Assembly (NCBI GenBank): GCA_002269645.1 | Contig: NIVC01002391.1 | Coordinates: 20,424 to 84,423 of the forward strand | Origin: Macrostomum lignano | Taxonomy: Eukaryota | Length of the DNA stretch: 64,000 bases | Direction: 5' to 3' | Shown: positions 25,971-38,500 of the stretch, piece by piece | Position numbering within the stretch: position 1 is the stretch's first letter | How the letters are laid out: every line of letters begins with the position of its first letter | Notes under the pieces: model-generated | Seen by the model: the letters and a program-made list of their open reading frames with translations, nothing else | Databases searched by the model: none | What the model was told of the DNA's origin: nothing | Position numbers and translations under genes: made by a program

Positions 25971-28561
25971 CGGCAGACGACCGCGGCCGGGGCGGTGTCG
26001 GCGTACTGATCCGACCGCGCCTTCGGCAGAGCGTGCACTGCGCTTCGTTGTCGACGCGACTGATGCGGGTCGACCCTGTGCCTGCACGCCTGCTGCACCC
26101 GGCTTTTCTGCGCGTATGCACCCACAGCTGCTCACCCCGAGGAGGCGATCGTGCCTTCTTCGACTTCCTGGCTGGGCAGCTGGAAGAGGTGCCAAACCGC
26201 GACACGCTGGCGGTGCTCGGAGACCTGAACGCAGTTCCACGGAGGTCCGAGCGCTCGCCCTTTGTCGCGGGACGCGAGAACGCCAACACCGATGCACTGG
26301 AGGACCTGCTTGACAGGCTGGATCTGGTGTCCGCAAACACCCAGTTCCCTGCCCGCCTGGTTACCTTTGCGTGCTGCTAGAGAAGGCGACAAAACGCACG
26401 CGGGCGGAACGCCACGAGGAGACTGGCGCAATTCGATCATGCGCTGGTTCGCACTCGCGAGCGCCGCCGCGTCACCAACTGCGACACCATGGCTTCGCTG
26501 GCTCTCCGGTCAGACCATCAACTTCTGCTCTGCGACTTGCGGCTCCAAGACCAGCTCTATCGACAGATAAAGCACTGGCTCTGTCGAACACCCGCGTGAA
26601 GCGTCAATCGCGGGCGCCTTCGTCGGCGCGCTTGGAGAGCAGCGCGAGGCGGAGTATTCCGACATCAGCACCGCAGTTAGAGCCGCTGCGGAGCAGACAG
26701 TCCCGCAGATGCGGCCAGCACAAAAATCGCTGCCTGTCTGGCAGAGCGACCCGACCATCAAGCAGGCGCGGCTCAACATCGAGCAACTCCGCAGAAACCG
26801 TCCCACGGGCGACGCTGCAGACGCGTTTGAGCACCTTCTAGACGAGCGGCAGCAGGCCGCTGTCGACGACGCCATTAGGTCCATTACTGCAGCCGGCCCC
26901 GACGTGAAGAGCCGCGCAGTGTGGACGGCCGTCCGGACTCTGACGGGGCGCAGAAAGCGCGTGGCGCTGAACCTGGCCGGCGACACCCCAGAGGAGCGCA
27001 GGAATGAATTGCGCGACTTCTTCGCCGGCATCGTGAACGCGCCTGCGTCGCCGCTGCCCGCCAGCTTTGCGCTCCTACTGGACACGCTGCTCCCAGCTGA
27101 GGAGGACTTCTGCACCAGACCATTCACCACGGAGGACGTTGTGCTGTTCGCTCGGAAAACATCAGGCGGCAAGGCGCTCGGCCCTGACGGCTCCGCTGTG
27201 TGGCCTCTCAGGTCACAGGCGTCATAAACCGCGTGCTGGCCGGCGCTCCTGTGCCCTCCGAGTCGACCGTCGCGCACATTGTGCCGATCCTGAAGAAGGC
27301 AGGGACAACGTGGAAGGAAGACCACCACGGGATCTCGATGATGTCCTGCACAGCGTAGCTCTTTAACCGGCTGCTGCTCGATCGTCTGCAGCCGGTGCTG
27401 AACCCGTACCTGCAGAACGAATTCCGGCCGCAACGCGGTACAGTGACACAGATCCTCGCACTCCGCCGTGTCATCGAGGTCATCGCCGTGTCCCCTTCGT
27501 CCTTCGAGCCTACCGGGTCCCGCAGCAGCTAATCGACGCGATACTCGAGCTGCTGTGGTGACGGCGGACGGCCTGTCTAACCTGTTCGACACTTCGTCAG
27601 GAGTTCTGCAGGGCGACACACTAGCGCTCCTCTTCGTGCTGCTGCTTGACTGGGTGCTTCGGACCGCACTTCCCTCGGCTGACGACGGCTTCCTGCTGCG
27701 CAGACACATCGGTCGCAGTCACGGCGAAAAGCGCCTGAGTGTGCTTGGATACGCCGACAACCTCGCCCTCCTGTCCTCGTCCGTTGAAGGCGCCCAGCGC
27801 CAGATCGACAGGCTGGTCGAGATGGCATCGAGAGTCGGTCTGGTTGTCAACACGCTGAAGACCCAGGTGCTGACTGTGCCGGCCGACATCACAGCGGACC
27901 TGACATGCCACGGTGCAGACGGGCAGACGACCAAGCTCGCACGCTGCCAGCGGTTCACCTACCTCGGCGGTCTGGTGTCCCACGTGGAGGAAGACCTCCG
28001 GCGGCGCAGAGGACTTGCCTGGGCTTCCTTCCGTTCGATCCGGGCCGTCATCCAGTCTAAAGCGCTGCCCGACCGCCAGAGGGCTCGGCTGTGGCAGGCG
28101 GTGGTCGAAACCGTCCTGCTATATAATGCTAAGACATGGACGCTGACGACTACGCTGGAGCGGCAGTTGGACTCGGTGTATTCAGGGCTGCTCCGTGCAG
28201 CCTTTCGAGCTGACGAGGGCGTCGGGACCGAGGCCCTGTACGATCGGGCCTAGCTACAACGCCCGTCCACCATCCTGCGTCGGCGGCGACTTCAACTGGC
28301 GGGCTACGTGATCCTGGCCGAGGGCTACTGCGCCCAACCCGTTCAAGATGTCCTGCTGCTCACCTTGCAGGGCCCGTTCAGGCGGGGTCAGGCCCAAACC
28401 CGTCGATACGTGGACTGCCTGCTGTGCGACGCTGGGGCGCCCGACACTGCCAACGGGGCGGACTTCGTCCGCTCTCAGGCTCAGCGGCGTGCCCTCTGAC
28501 GCAGCCTGCTCTAACTGCGGCCTTGCATGCGGGGCTGCGTAATTTGTTGTTGTTGTTGTTG
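25971..28561 (+). mobile_element. 5'-truncated, degenerate RTE-like LINE (APE endonuclease + RT)
   Basis: APE motifs (GRGGVGVLI, VLGDLNA, LDHALV) and RT motifs (GVLQGDTLA, GYADNLALL, FTYLGG) are split by frameshifts and stops. The element ends in a (TTG)n tail and has an 11-bp TSD tatgcttaagt at 25960-25970 and 28562-28572. Confidence 0.92.
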
Positions 28562-29091
28562 TATGCTTAAGTGCTTGTATTTGGCCTTTATGGGCCGTAC
28601 AATGAATCACACTAAGCCATCAGTAGGCCAATGTGGCAGGAACCCATATGTAACACGCGGGATTGAACTCAGGGACATTGGTACTCGAGAGAATTACACT
28701 TGTGGAAGCGCCTAATCCCCAGCGCTATAGTCTGCAACTTATTCCATTTATATGTAGTACATCAACTGATATTTCGGCGCATATATGCATTGATACAGAC
28801 ACAATAGAAGTGAAGTTTTTCAAGGTTATCAACTCCTTAATGTCATTGTACCTCGTATATCTATTTCTGCATTGGTTTAGATGATGTTTATATACGAGCG
28901 TATACTCACAGGGAGCAGTAGCAGTTGGATTCCAGATCAAGAAAGGCACATTTTTACTTGGTCTTCAACTGATTAACAGTGTGTTATCTCGTACATTTAC
29001 TATGACCCGCACCACAATAAGGTTAATATCGGTGGATTTATTATATTAGATTAGTCTTTGGTAATTTCAGTTCGGACGTCACGTCAAACAA

Positions 29092-30554
29092 TTAGCCTAC
29101 TTTAGTCTGCTCGAATCGCACGTTGAGATACTTTGTGATCTCCTCACGCAGGTAGTACTGACGTCTATCTTGCTTGTCGGCCTTGTCAGGATGGTAGTGC
29201 GATAGGGCCACCATCAGGCGCTTTCTAAGCGGAAGATCCGCATCTGGCAGCTTGTTGTCTCCAATGGAGTACACCTTATAGATGTGCTCAAGAAAGTGTT
29301 CAATGCCGCGATCGTAATTGGTCTTGATGTCGGCCAGAGTACCGTCTGACTCCAGAACTTTGCGCAGCTCAGCGTCGTGACGCTTGGCCCCGCGCTCCTG
29401 AAGGATGCGCAGTCCCCGCTCCGCTGCGGCGAACCAGTTCTCAGAGCGACAGCCGATTTCGTGTTCACCCGTCAGGTGGCAAAGTATCAGCTGAATGCAG
29501 CGCTTGAAAAACTTTTCGGCTGAATTTTCAGCGTTGAAAACATTCAAGTAGAGACTGCCGATGTCGGAACAGATCTCCGCCTCTAGAACAATGTCTATGC
29601 CATCTTCCGAGATTAGGTTGAGGGCAGCCTGTGTTTCCAGAGAAAAATGTTTTTGGTTATGCTTTAGAACAATGAATTAGCTATGAGTGTATAAGACCTC
29701 AAATTCGATGTTAACCCTACCCTCAGGTGGTCCATGGCAAGCAGAGCTTCGTCCGTCATTTGCGTCGCGCTGTTCTCGCCCAGATTCTGACAGAATGCCT
29801 TGCCTCGCTCCAGTTCAACCCTGCTGTGGAACACGGCCTCCTGGATGCGCTGATCTTCGCGCAGAGTCTCGAGCTCGCTGTGCAAACAATCAAAGGCATC
29901 GTCGGTTGCATTCCGACTAAGAACTCGTTCGGCCTCCTGTATGGGAAAAGGCATCTTAGCAATGTAGCTGTACGCAAGGCCGTAGTTGAGCTTCTTGTCC
30001 AGAGAAACCGACAGGTGCAATAGCCGATTGGCGTAGTCAATAAAGACACCGGCGACCACTTCAAGGTACTCAATGTTGCTAAAGCTGTAGCGACCAATCA
30101 CGTTGCACACGCGGGCAAGATTGTCCACCAGAGCCTGGTCAGTCTCAAGATTAAGTGTCAGACTGTACATGTCCAGCAGGTCTTCCGGGAACTGCTGGAC
30201 GAATCGCTGGCGCCAGCGCTCGCCCTCGCTGCCAGCCGACTTCGTCCACAGAGTAGCCTGGCGCCACGCCTCCGAGAAGTAGGCCAGGCTGGAGTGCAGG
30301 TGGTCCCAGGCTCGACTCCGCTGCTGATTGGTCCACTCAGCCAGACAGAGCTCCTTGTGCGCCACGCCGCAGTTCTTTCTGCACAGGCCCCGATCCCTGG
30401 CCGACGTGGCCGTCTCCAGGCCGAGTTTGTAGCAGTCCAGAGCCGACCACAGGTGGCGCCGCTTGTCGGCAACGCGGCTAGAAGCTTTCGCGCTCTTGAA
30501 ATGAGCGTTGCCACTCTGTCGGTGCTGCTCGCTGGTGCTGCTTGCTTTGGACAT
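29092..30554 (-). CDS. TPR-like helical protein with C-terminal HPD-motif (J-domain-like) region, paralog A (~456 aa)
   Basis: Exons 30554-29721 and 29628-29092 join in frame via a 92-bp GT-AG intron. The N-terminus RQSGNAHFKSA is TPR-like; the C-terminus reads LRKRLMVALSHYHPDKADKQDRRQYYLREEITKYLN. A clear paralog lies at 43314-47539. Confidence 0.85.
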
Positions 30555-32523
30555 GTCTCTGGGTATCCTAGGCTAGAGATTATAGGGCGCAGAAGTGTGT
30601 ATTTTTTAACATACGCTTGAATTCGCGTCTTTTTAAGCTTGTCAAGAATCCAGGAGATAAATTCCAGTTTGTATTTCCTGCACCATTTAATATCCAACTA
30701 AAAATGTACAGATGCCTTCCAGGGTTGAGCAGTGGCACAGGAAATTTTGGTACCTTGTTTAGGCATTCTAATCGTTCTAACCATACTTAACTTTATCGAC
30801 CAATTATTATACTGTACTTTTTTAAATACATGACTGTACTGCTGAGTTCGCTTCGTTTTTTGTCAGGTATGCTCAAATGAGTTTGCTGTACTGCTTTTTG
30901 CGTACTGCAACTCGATGCCAATTATCAGCACACAAAGCGCGTCTCTCTAATAAGGCTTCTATTTTTAGACATGAATCTATCGGGGCATTAAGACTTTTTC
31001 TATTTCTCCATTGCCAAGAGAAGTGTCTGGATGGCGTGAATGGGTCTCACCAATTCACACTGGCTGTAGATTGAGTTTGGAAGAGTTCCCATAAGGTAAT
31101 TAAAAACTATTTCGGCGAATAGGATATATTTTAGATTTTGTATATGGATTGGCAAATGTCATTTCGACAAAACAATTTGTTTTTTACGGCAATTAAGCCC
31201 TGTCCTGATTACAAATGGTTTTATACATACTGTATATCGCTAAAAGAAAGTTAGCGGTAATCAAGGCTTTTTTATTGGAAATGGAAAAGCTGAAATTTTT
31301 TCATCCTTCTTGACTTCGCGGATAGAACTGGAACCAGCAGTTGCTATGGCAAACTTAGCGTGACACGTTTATTTGCCACATCCTCTTTTTCTTAGTCTTA
31401 CTTCTCTTAATAACTAAAAAATAGAATGCCAAATAAATTCTAAGCTACCTGTACATAGTAAAATAAATTTACACGTGCTGCTGTGTGCACTGCAGTAATT
31501 CTTTAGGCCCCTATAAAAAAGTTTTTCCAAACATCAAGCATTTCTCCGAAAGTGGTCAGCTTGCTTAAAGTCAACCCTCTCCAAATTTTAAAATTAAAGT
31601 CTTCTTAACTGATGTCCCCCTCTGCTATCTTCCAAAAGATGTGAAACGCAAAAGACCTCAGAGCAGAGACAGCAATTGTTGCCATTGACAGTTGGTATAG
31701 TTCACTAGAAATAAATAATAGAAACGTAACGCAATTTAGACTTTAGGCTGAGAAAACCGAATTTCTACTAAATAAAAAATGTGTAACTTGATAGCGACTT
31801 TATTTACTGCGCAAAATGGCATGCTAAAACAATATAGTAAGGGGTGCAGTCAGCTCAAGCTCTGGAGAGCAGTCCAGCCCCTTGGACCAAAAGGCCCAAA
31901 GGATATCTTAAGGAGAGGTCTCAGAAAAGTGAAGCTGAGCGGTTTATTTAATGAAAAATGTGTTAAAGTACATGTAGACACCATGGTGTGGCTTGGACTC
32001 TTCTTACGAATGAAACTACATGTATAAATACATTGCCTGCAGGGCCTCATGCGTCGTAGACTGCATCCGGATCCCTGGACCAACTATAGAATTCACCCTT
32101 GTATCATACAACGTCTATATTTAAAACAGTATAGATCGAGTTTTAAACGATTGTTGCAAGGTAACTACATAAATACTTAAATTACATGCATGTAGATTTT
32201 GCAGGTTAAAGCCTTAAAAGCGATTTGCAATATAGTCGAGTGTTACATCCTGATCCAACGGTAACTTCTAGTTTGTCCTTGGGGTATATGTAATTACCTT
32301 CTGTCTTGTCAGCAAACACAGTATAAGTAAAGGTTAATAGCTATTAAGGTTTCATAAACAGTCGTAGTGCTATTGATTATAATTACTAGATCTAAAATTT
32401 ATGGTATTCTAGATCTGAATAAATAGTAGGAAATATATGAGATGTATATTGCATGGATACATGTGCCTACTGAGTAGTAGAAGTACGAGTAGTCTTGATC
32501 ATTTTATCCCGCAGTGCTGCTGC

Positions 32524-35500
32524 CTACTCTCGTTCAACCGCTGAGCCGGCCGGAGCCATGGCCTTGACCTCCTGGGCGTCCTGCATCAGGGCGCAGAGCG
32601 GACAGCACAGGTGCGCCAGCAGGTCGCTGACGAAGCGGCCGGGGATGCCCTGCTTCTCGCGGATCTTGCCGCGCACAATGGCGCCGAGGCAGGGCGACAC
32701 GAACAGGTAGCCGATGCCGCAGAGCAGGCAGCTCTCCTGCACAGCCTCCGCATTCTTGCCGAAGGTGTAGCAGGGAACCAGATAGGTGACGATGCACAGG
32801 CCTGCGACAGGGGAGGGTCAATAATTTGATTTGTTATAATAGCTGCATTCATTTTGACTTGGGCATCTTCCATAGTGGTTATAGAGCGTCGGACTCACGA
32901 CTGAAAAGTCGGAGGTTCGATTCTTGATCCACTTAGCTCTTCATTGCTTCAGTTCACCCAGTTGTAAACTTGGTAGCGGCATTAGCTGGGCTAATGTAAT
33001 TAGTTAGAAATCGTTTCGTTGATATTACATGTACAAGTTTTGTACTGTAAGACAATACATTCCAATATGTTCCAATAAGACAATATGTTCCATCGTATAG
33101 CGTTCGCTGCTTGAGCCAAGTCATTAAGTAAAAACGGGACATTTTATTTTCTTCCGATTAAAACCTGCGATTTTTTTGTGTTTGAAAAATATACCGTCTA
33201 CTTATTTCGCTTTTGAAATTTTTTAGCGTAAAGCGAACCTTAAATGTTTTTCCGAGAAATACCATTTTATTTAATTAGATACTTAAAAAGATTTATGAAG
33301 TCGTTTTAGAGCTTTTTTATTTAAAACGTTAAACAGCAGCTTCTCCTGACGTATTTGTCAGTTCACTGCTTTTCAACCATTTTCAACCAGCCATTTAAAC
33401 AAAGTACAAGACTCGGATCTGAAGTGTTATTTGGTTTAGATTGATTTCTTCATTTTTTTTTAATTTTGAAAAAATCCCTTCCCTAGCTGGCTTTTTGCTT
33501 CAAAAGTCCAACAATTTTTCATTGTAAATGTTGTGTAGCCAAGGCTTAAAGTTTTCCAGTTGAGTTGAAAAGTAAAGTGCTAGGTGCGCACAGTTGCTTT
33601 ATTTATATTTTTTTATTGAAGAAAAACTACATAATCGATATTTTAACTACACTAGAAAAACTGCACGATCGATAAATTCAAGAGCTAGCGATATCACGTG
33701 ATTAATAATACATTATACGGATAATTTATCAACTACTCTACTTAAAGTGGTAGTATAAGTAATAGACAATAATAATAATATAGGTAGCATTTACGTTATA
33801 GTAGAAATATTCGTAAAATATTCTCTATCATTAAGTTGGTCTGTCAGGTTACACGACACAACAGTCAATATAGACCATCCATATCGCTGCAATTGCCAAA
33901 CCAACTAACAAACAGCTTGTTGATAACGTAGCTCATATTTAAAATTAACCGGAAGCCGGAAATGAAGTATATTAGTCGGATCGCAGGTGCATAATTTATA
34001 CCTTTTTGCGACCTAGTTTGCCAAAAAATTCAATCAATTTTGCCCAAGAAGAATGCTCATATATTCATAAGTTCAGGAGTGCATGTGTACGCACAGAGAC
34101 ATTTAGCCACTGAAATGAAGAAAGAGGTCAGTTGGTTGTCATGCAGTCAAAGATGTCTACCAATTGGTAGACATACCACTACCAGCTCTAGACACGTTTG
34201 AATATTGGTTCACCCACGGAATGCACTTCTGCTGGGTGATGACATGCATTCATCAAGGCCTCTACCTCTCGTTTGAGCACTGGCATGCGATGCTGTTCCA
34301 TCGTATAGCGTTCGCTGCTTGAGCCAAGCTTCAGTTGGATTGGACTTCACGTTGAATGGCTGTATCCTTCGTAAAAACCCACCACCACCACCCAGTTGTA
34401 AGGTCCACACTGGGCCATTTTTGCTCTTTTCATGTCTATTGTCTCTGGTGCTTAGTTTTTCTATGGGCAAACTATAGGTCGCAGTTTTGGCAAAATTCAA
34501 TGTAGTTTTCGGACATATTATAGTCTATATGGCTCAAGCTGGGGTCGTAATGGACATCGGATATGGTCCTTGGGTACGAGTTTCCGCGGGCCGAATGATC
34601 GGTATAGCATGCTCTCCAGAAGTCGGAATTTCCTCGTATTGCGTTCTTGAGAGCATGCTAAATGCACTTGCGATACGGCAAATATACGAGCGTAAGTTCC
34701 TTACTGGCAATCAGGGGCGTCGCCACCGGGGGGGGGGGACAGGAGGGACATGCCAATGCTTTGTCCCCCCACTCCACTTTTGTTGACCTGTGATGGAATC
34801 AATAACTTTGCTTCAGGGCGACAAAAAAGGTGCCTGCGGCGCTTGACTTACTTGACTTAGCTGCAGGGCTGTCCCGGAGGGGACACAGCGGGAAGGCGCG
34901 GGCGCCCATTCCGCTAGTCCCTGAACGGCCGACGCGTCGCTATGGACGGAGGGTTGGCGCCGCCCAGGGAGGTCCCCCAGTGTCGCCAGCAGCTATGGTG
35001 CTCTCTGGAAAGGAGAGTTCAGCCCTGCGGGTGGCCCGAAGGTAGCGCATGAGCTGATTAAAGTTTTCGGGTTTGCACGCTTCAGTAATAGATGTGTGTG
35101 GCCCGAGGTAAGTGAGTCTGGCCCGCGTGAAGGCGGGACAGATGCTGACGAAATGCTCAGCGGTTTCGTCACCTGAGTTGCAGAAACTGCAGGTGGCGTT
35201 GGTGGCGTTGCCCTGCAGGTACTGGTGCCTGGAGAAGCAGCCGTGACCAGAGAGGGTCATGGTGGCAGCCCGGATGTCTCTGCGCGAGAGGCGCAAGAGG
35301 AGCTTCCGGAGCTGGTGAGAGGGCTGAGGGACAGCGCCTCTGGATTGCCTGCAGTTCGTGCGGTTCGCCCAAGTCGAGCGGTGCTGAGTCCTGATCCACG
35401 CTTTGATGCGCGAGTCGATGACACAGCCAGGAATCGGGACAAGAGGTTCGGGGCCGAGAGAGGAGCCGGAGGCACCAACTTTTGCAAGGGTGTCAGCCAA

Positions 35501-38500
35501 CTCATTTCCTCGGATCCCCACATGCCCCGGAACCCACTTAAGGGTAATTTTGTTGGCGGAACCCAACACATTGAGGAGTTTGATACAGTCAAGGACTGTA
35601 GCAGAGTTGGTGCTGCAGCCACTGATGGCGTGCAAGGCAGCTTGGCTGTCCGAATGGAAAATGATGTTCTTACCAGTAACGCCAGTGGCGAGAAGCTCTG
35701 CAGTGCAGGAGCTGATGGCCAGAACTTCATTTTGGAAAACACTGGAGTTGACCCCAGTGTATTGAGCGTGGGTAGCGATGACCCTCCCGTTCAGAAAGAT
35801 TCCAACACCAAAGCCGGTGTTGGCTGACTGCTTAGAACTCACCTAAGCAATGAAGCTCACCAGGGTTCCAATGGTCATTGATGTTACCGCGCGAGTCGAT
35901 AGCTACGGAGTAGCGCTGTCTCAGGTTGAGCGTTGAGGCAATGCCATCGGTGAAGACGCGATTGGCCTGACACTCGTTGAGAAAGTTGAGGCACAGATCG
36001 CTATGCGGGACAAGGTTCCGCTTAGCAGGTGCTCTCATGTAAATGAATTTGACGCCGGCATCAATTAGACGCCGCGTCGTTCTAGCCGCCTCACCCCTGA
36101 TGAAGAGGTCAAGAGGGAAGATTAAGAAAGGCCCCCATGCCAGCAAAGGGCGTGGACCTGGTGGCGTTGCAGATGAGCCTACACGCTCTGCCTTGGATCG
36201 TGTTGAGCAGGTCTGCATGGCTTTTGACCTGGGTAGCGCTAACCCAGACAACAGAGGCGTACGTAATGGCAGGTCTAACTACGGAAGTATAGATCCACCA
36301 AAGCCGCTTTGGGGATAGACCCCAAGAAGTGCCAAGTGCTCGTCGGAGCTGGGCCAGGATGGCTGAGGCACGCTTAGCTTTTGCTTTCACGTGGAAGGAC
36401 CAGTTGAGCCGGTGGTCAAGTGTGACCCCGAGACATCTGGTCTGGTGCGCGAAGGCAATATCTCTGCCGTAGAGCTGCAGAGGACGTATGTTCCAGCGTA
36501 GTCTGCTGGTAAACATAATGGCAACGGTTTTGGGCTCAGAGAGTTCCAAACCATTGTCATTGGCCCAGGATTCTGCTTTGCGGATAAAGCTCTGCATCAG
36601 ATCCCTGAGCGTGCTGGGAGACGGTCCTGCCACAATGGCCGTGACGTCATCAGCATACCCGACTTTGAAGACGGGGTCAGGTCGGGAGTCACTCAGAAGA
36701 GCGTCCATGACCAGGTTCCAGAGCGTCGGGGTGAGGACTCCGCCTTGGGGTCCACCCTTACAGACTCTGGTGGAGGCAGTTTGCCCAAGAAGTTGGGCAG
36801 TGACCGTACGGTTGGAGATCATGTACATGATCCACCGTATGAGGGTAGCATGAGCTTTGCGATTTTGAAGGGCCCTCTGAAACGCTTCAAAGATAACGTT
36901 GTCGAAGGCGCCAACAATGTCAAGAAAGAGAGCCAGGGCGTAACCGTCACCCAGTACCGCCCGTTCAATCTTTTCGACAATCGCATGCAGGGCGCTGTCA
37001 GTCGACCTCCCGGTACGGAAGGCGTGCTGATTATTGCTGAGGGGCATCGCTGTCAGCTCGCAGGAGAGCAGCCGCCAGAGAATAAGCCTCTCAGTGAGCT
37101 TAAGCATTGCTGACGTTAAGCTAATTGGCCGGAAGGCCTTGACGCTTTGGTAGTCACCCTTCCCAGGTTTGGGAATAAAGACTACTCGAGCTTCAGTCCA
37201 GCTTTTGGGAACGTATCCCAGCTGGATAGAGGCCCGCATAAGATTGCGGGTGAGTCTCAGGAACGAGGGTATCTTGGCTGCTTCACGAAGGAGAACAGGG
37301 TAGATACCATCAGGTCCAGGAGATTTGAAGGGTTTGAAGGTTCTGACCGCACGAGCGATTAGGTCTTCAGTGACAATGCCCGCCGCTAGGGTGGCTCCAT
37401 CCATCGAATGGTTGGGCTCCGGTCTAGCAGTAGGTACCCTCGGGAAGAATGTGCTAAGCATATGCTGAAGCACTTCTTCAGGGTCTTTAGTAAGAGAGCC
37501 ATCATCTTTTTTGATCATGGCTAATTTGGACATTTTGTCCATTGTAAGGGCCTTGACAAGCCTAGAAGTAGGTCTGTCTTGATCCAATTCATTGCAGAAT
37601 TGGCGCCACTTACATTCCTTGGCCTTGCGCACTTCAGATTTGAAATTGCGGGAGGCTTGCCGGAAAAGCTCCATGTCCTCCGGGTTTCCGGTCTTCATGG
37701 CACGGCGATGAAGGCTTTTGGCCTTCCGCCTGAGTTTCCCCAGCTCCGGGTTCCACCACGGCGCCGAGGTCTTGCCTCTGTAGGCGCGAGCAGGACAAGC
37801 CGCTTCGTAGGCTGCAATAATGCAACCTGTCAGCGTCTCAGCCATATGATCCACATCCTCGCAGGTCTCAATCGGACGTAAGTCCGTGAGTTCCTGCAGG
37901 TGCAGATCAAGGGTAGCCTTGTAGGCCGCCCAATCAGTGTTGCGGATATTGCGTCTCCAAGTGATCGGAGACTGGGTTTTAGTGTCCGCGATATTAAAGG
38001 CGATAAAGCAGTGGTCAGACAGGGAGGGCTCCTCAGACCAGACTCTCCACTCCTTGACTCTGTCAAAGAGTCTTGGGGTAACGAGTGTGGCGTCGAGGAC
38101 CTCGGTCCATCTGCCATTATTAAAGGTAGGAGTGCTGCCGCGGTTGCAGAGCATGAGGTTTGTGTTAGAGATGAGGGCCAGAAGCTCCTCTCCTCTAGTG
38201 TTGGTATCTTTGCTGCCCCAGTGCTTGTGGTGCGCGTTGAGGTCGCCCCCTAAGCACAGCTCAGCGTTCTGGGACTCGCAGTACTGCGCAAGGCGCAGTA
38301 AACTCTCGGGAGCAGGGTCTCTGTCGCCTGGGATATAAACCGAGGCAACAAGACACGTACGCGGAGAGAAATGATTAGATTGGATGACGCAAAGGTCTCC
38401 ATCAGAGAATCAGTCCTCAGCCAAGCCTGGAGATGGCTAGCAGCGAGGATAGCCGCTCTAGGGCGGCTGTTCCCCGGGCCACACACATAAAAATCAGAGT

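Noticed and set aside
25900-26050. Ribozyme at the 5' end of the RTE-like element
   Set aside because: The TSD shows the element is truncated within the endonuclease, so no 5' UTR is present.
32862-32930. tRNA-Val-like gene
   Set aside because: The A and B boxes are present but the stems do not pair, and a SINE-like body follows.
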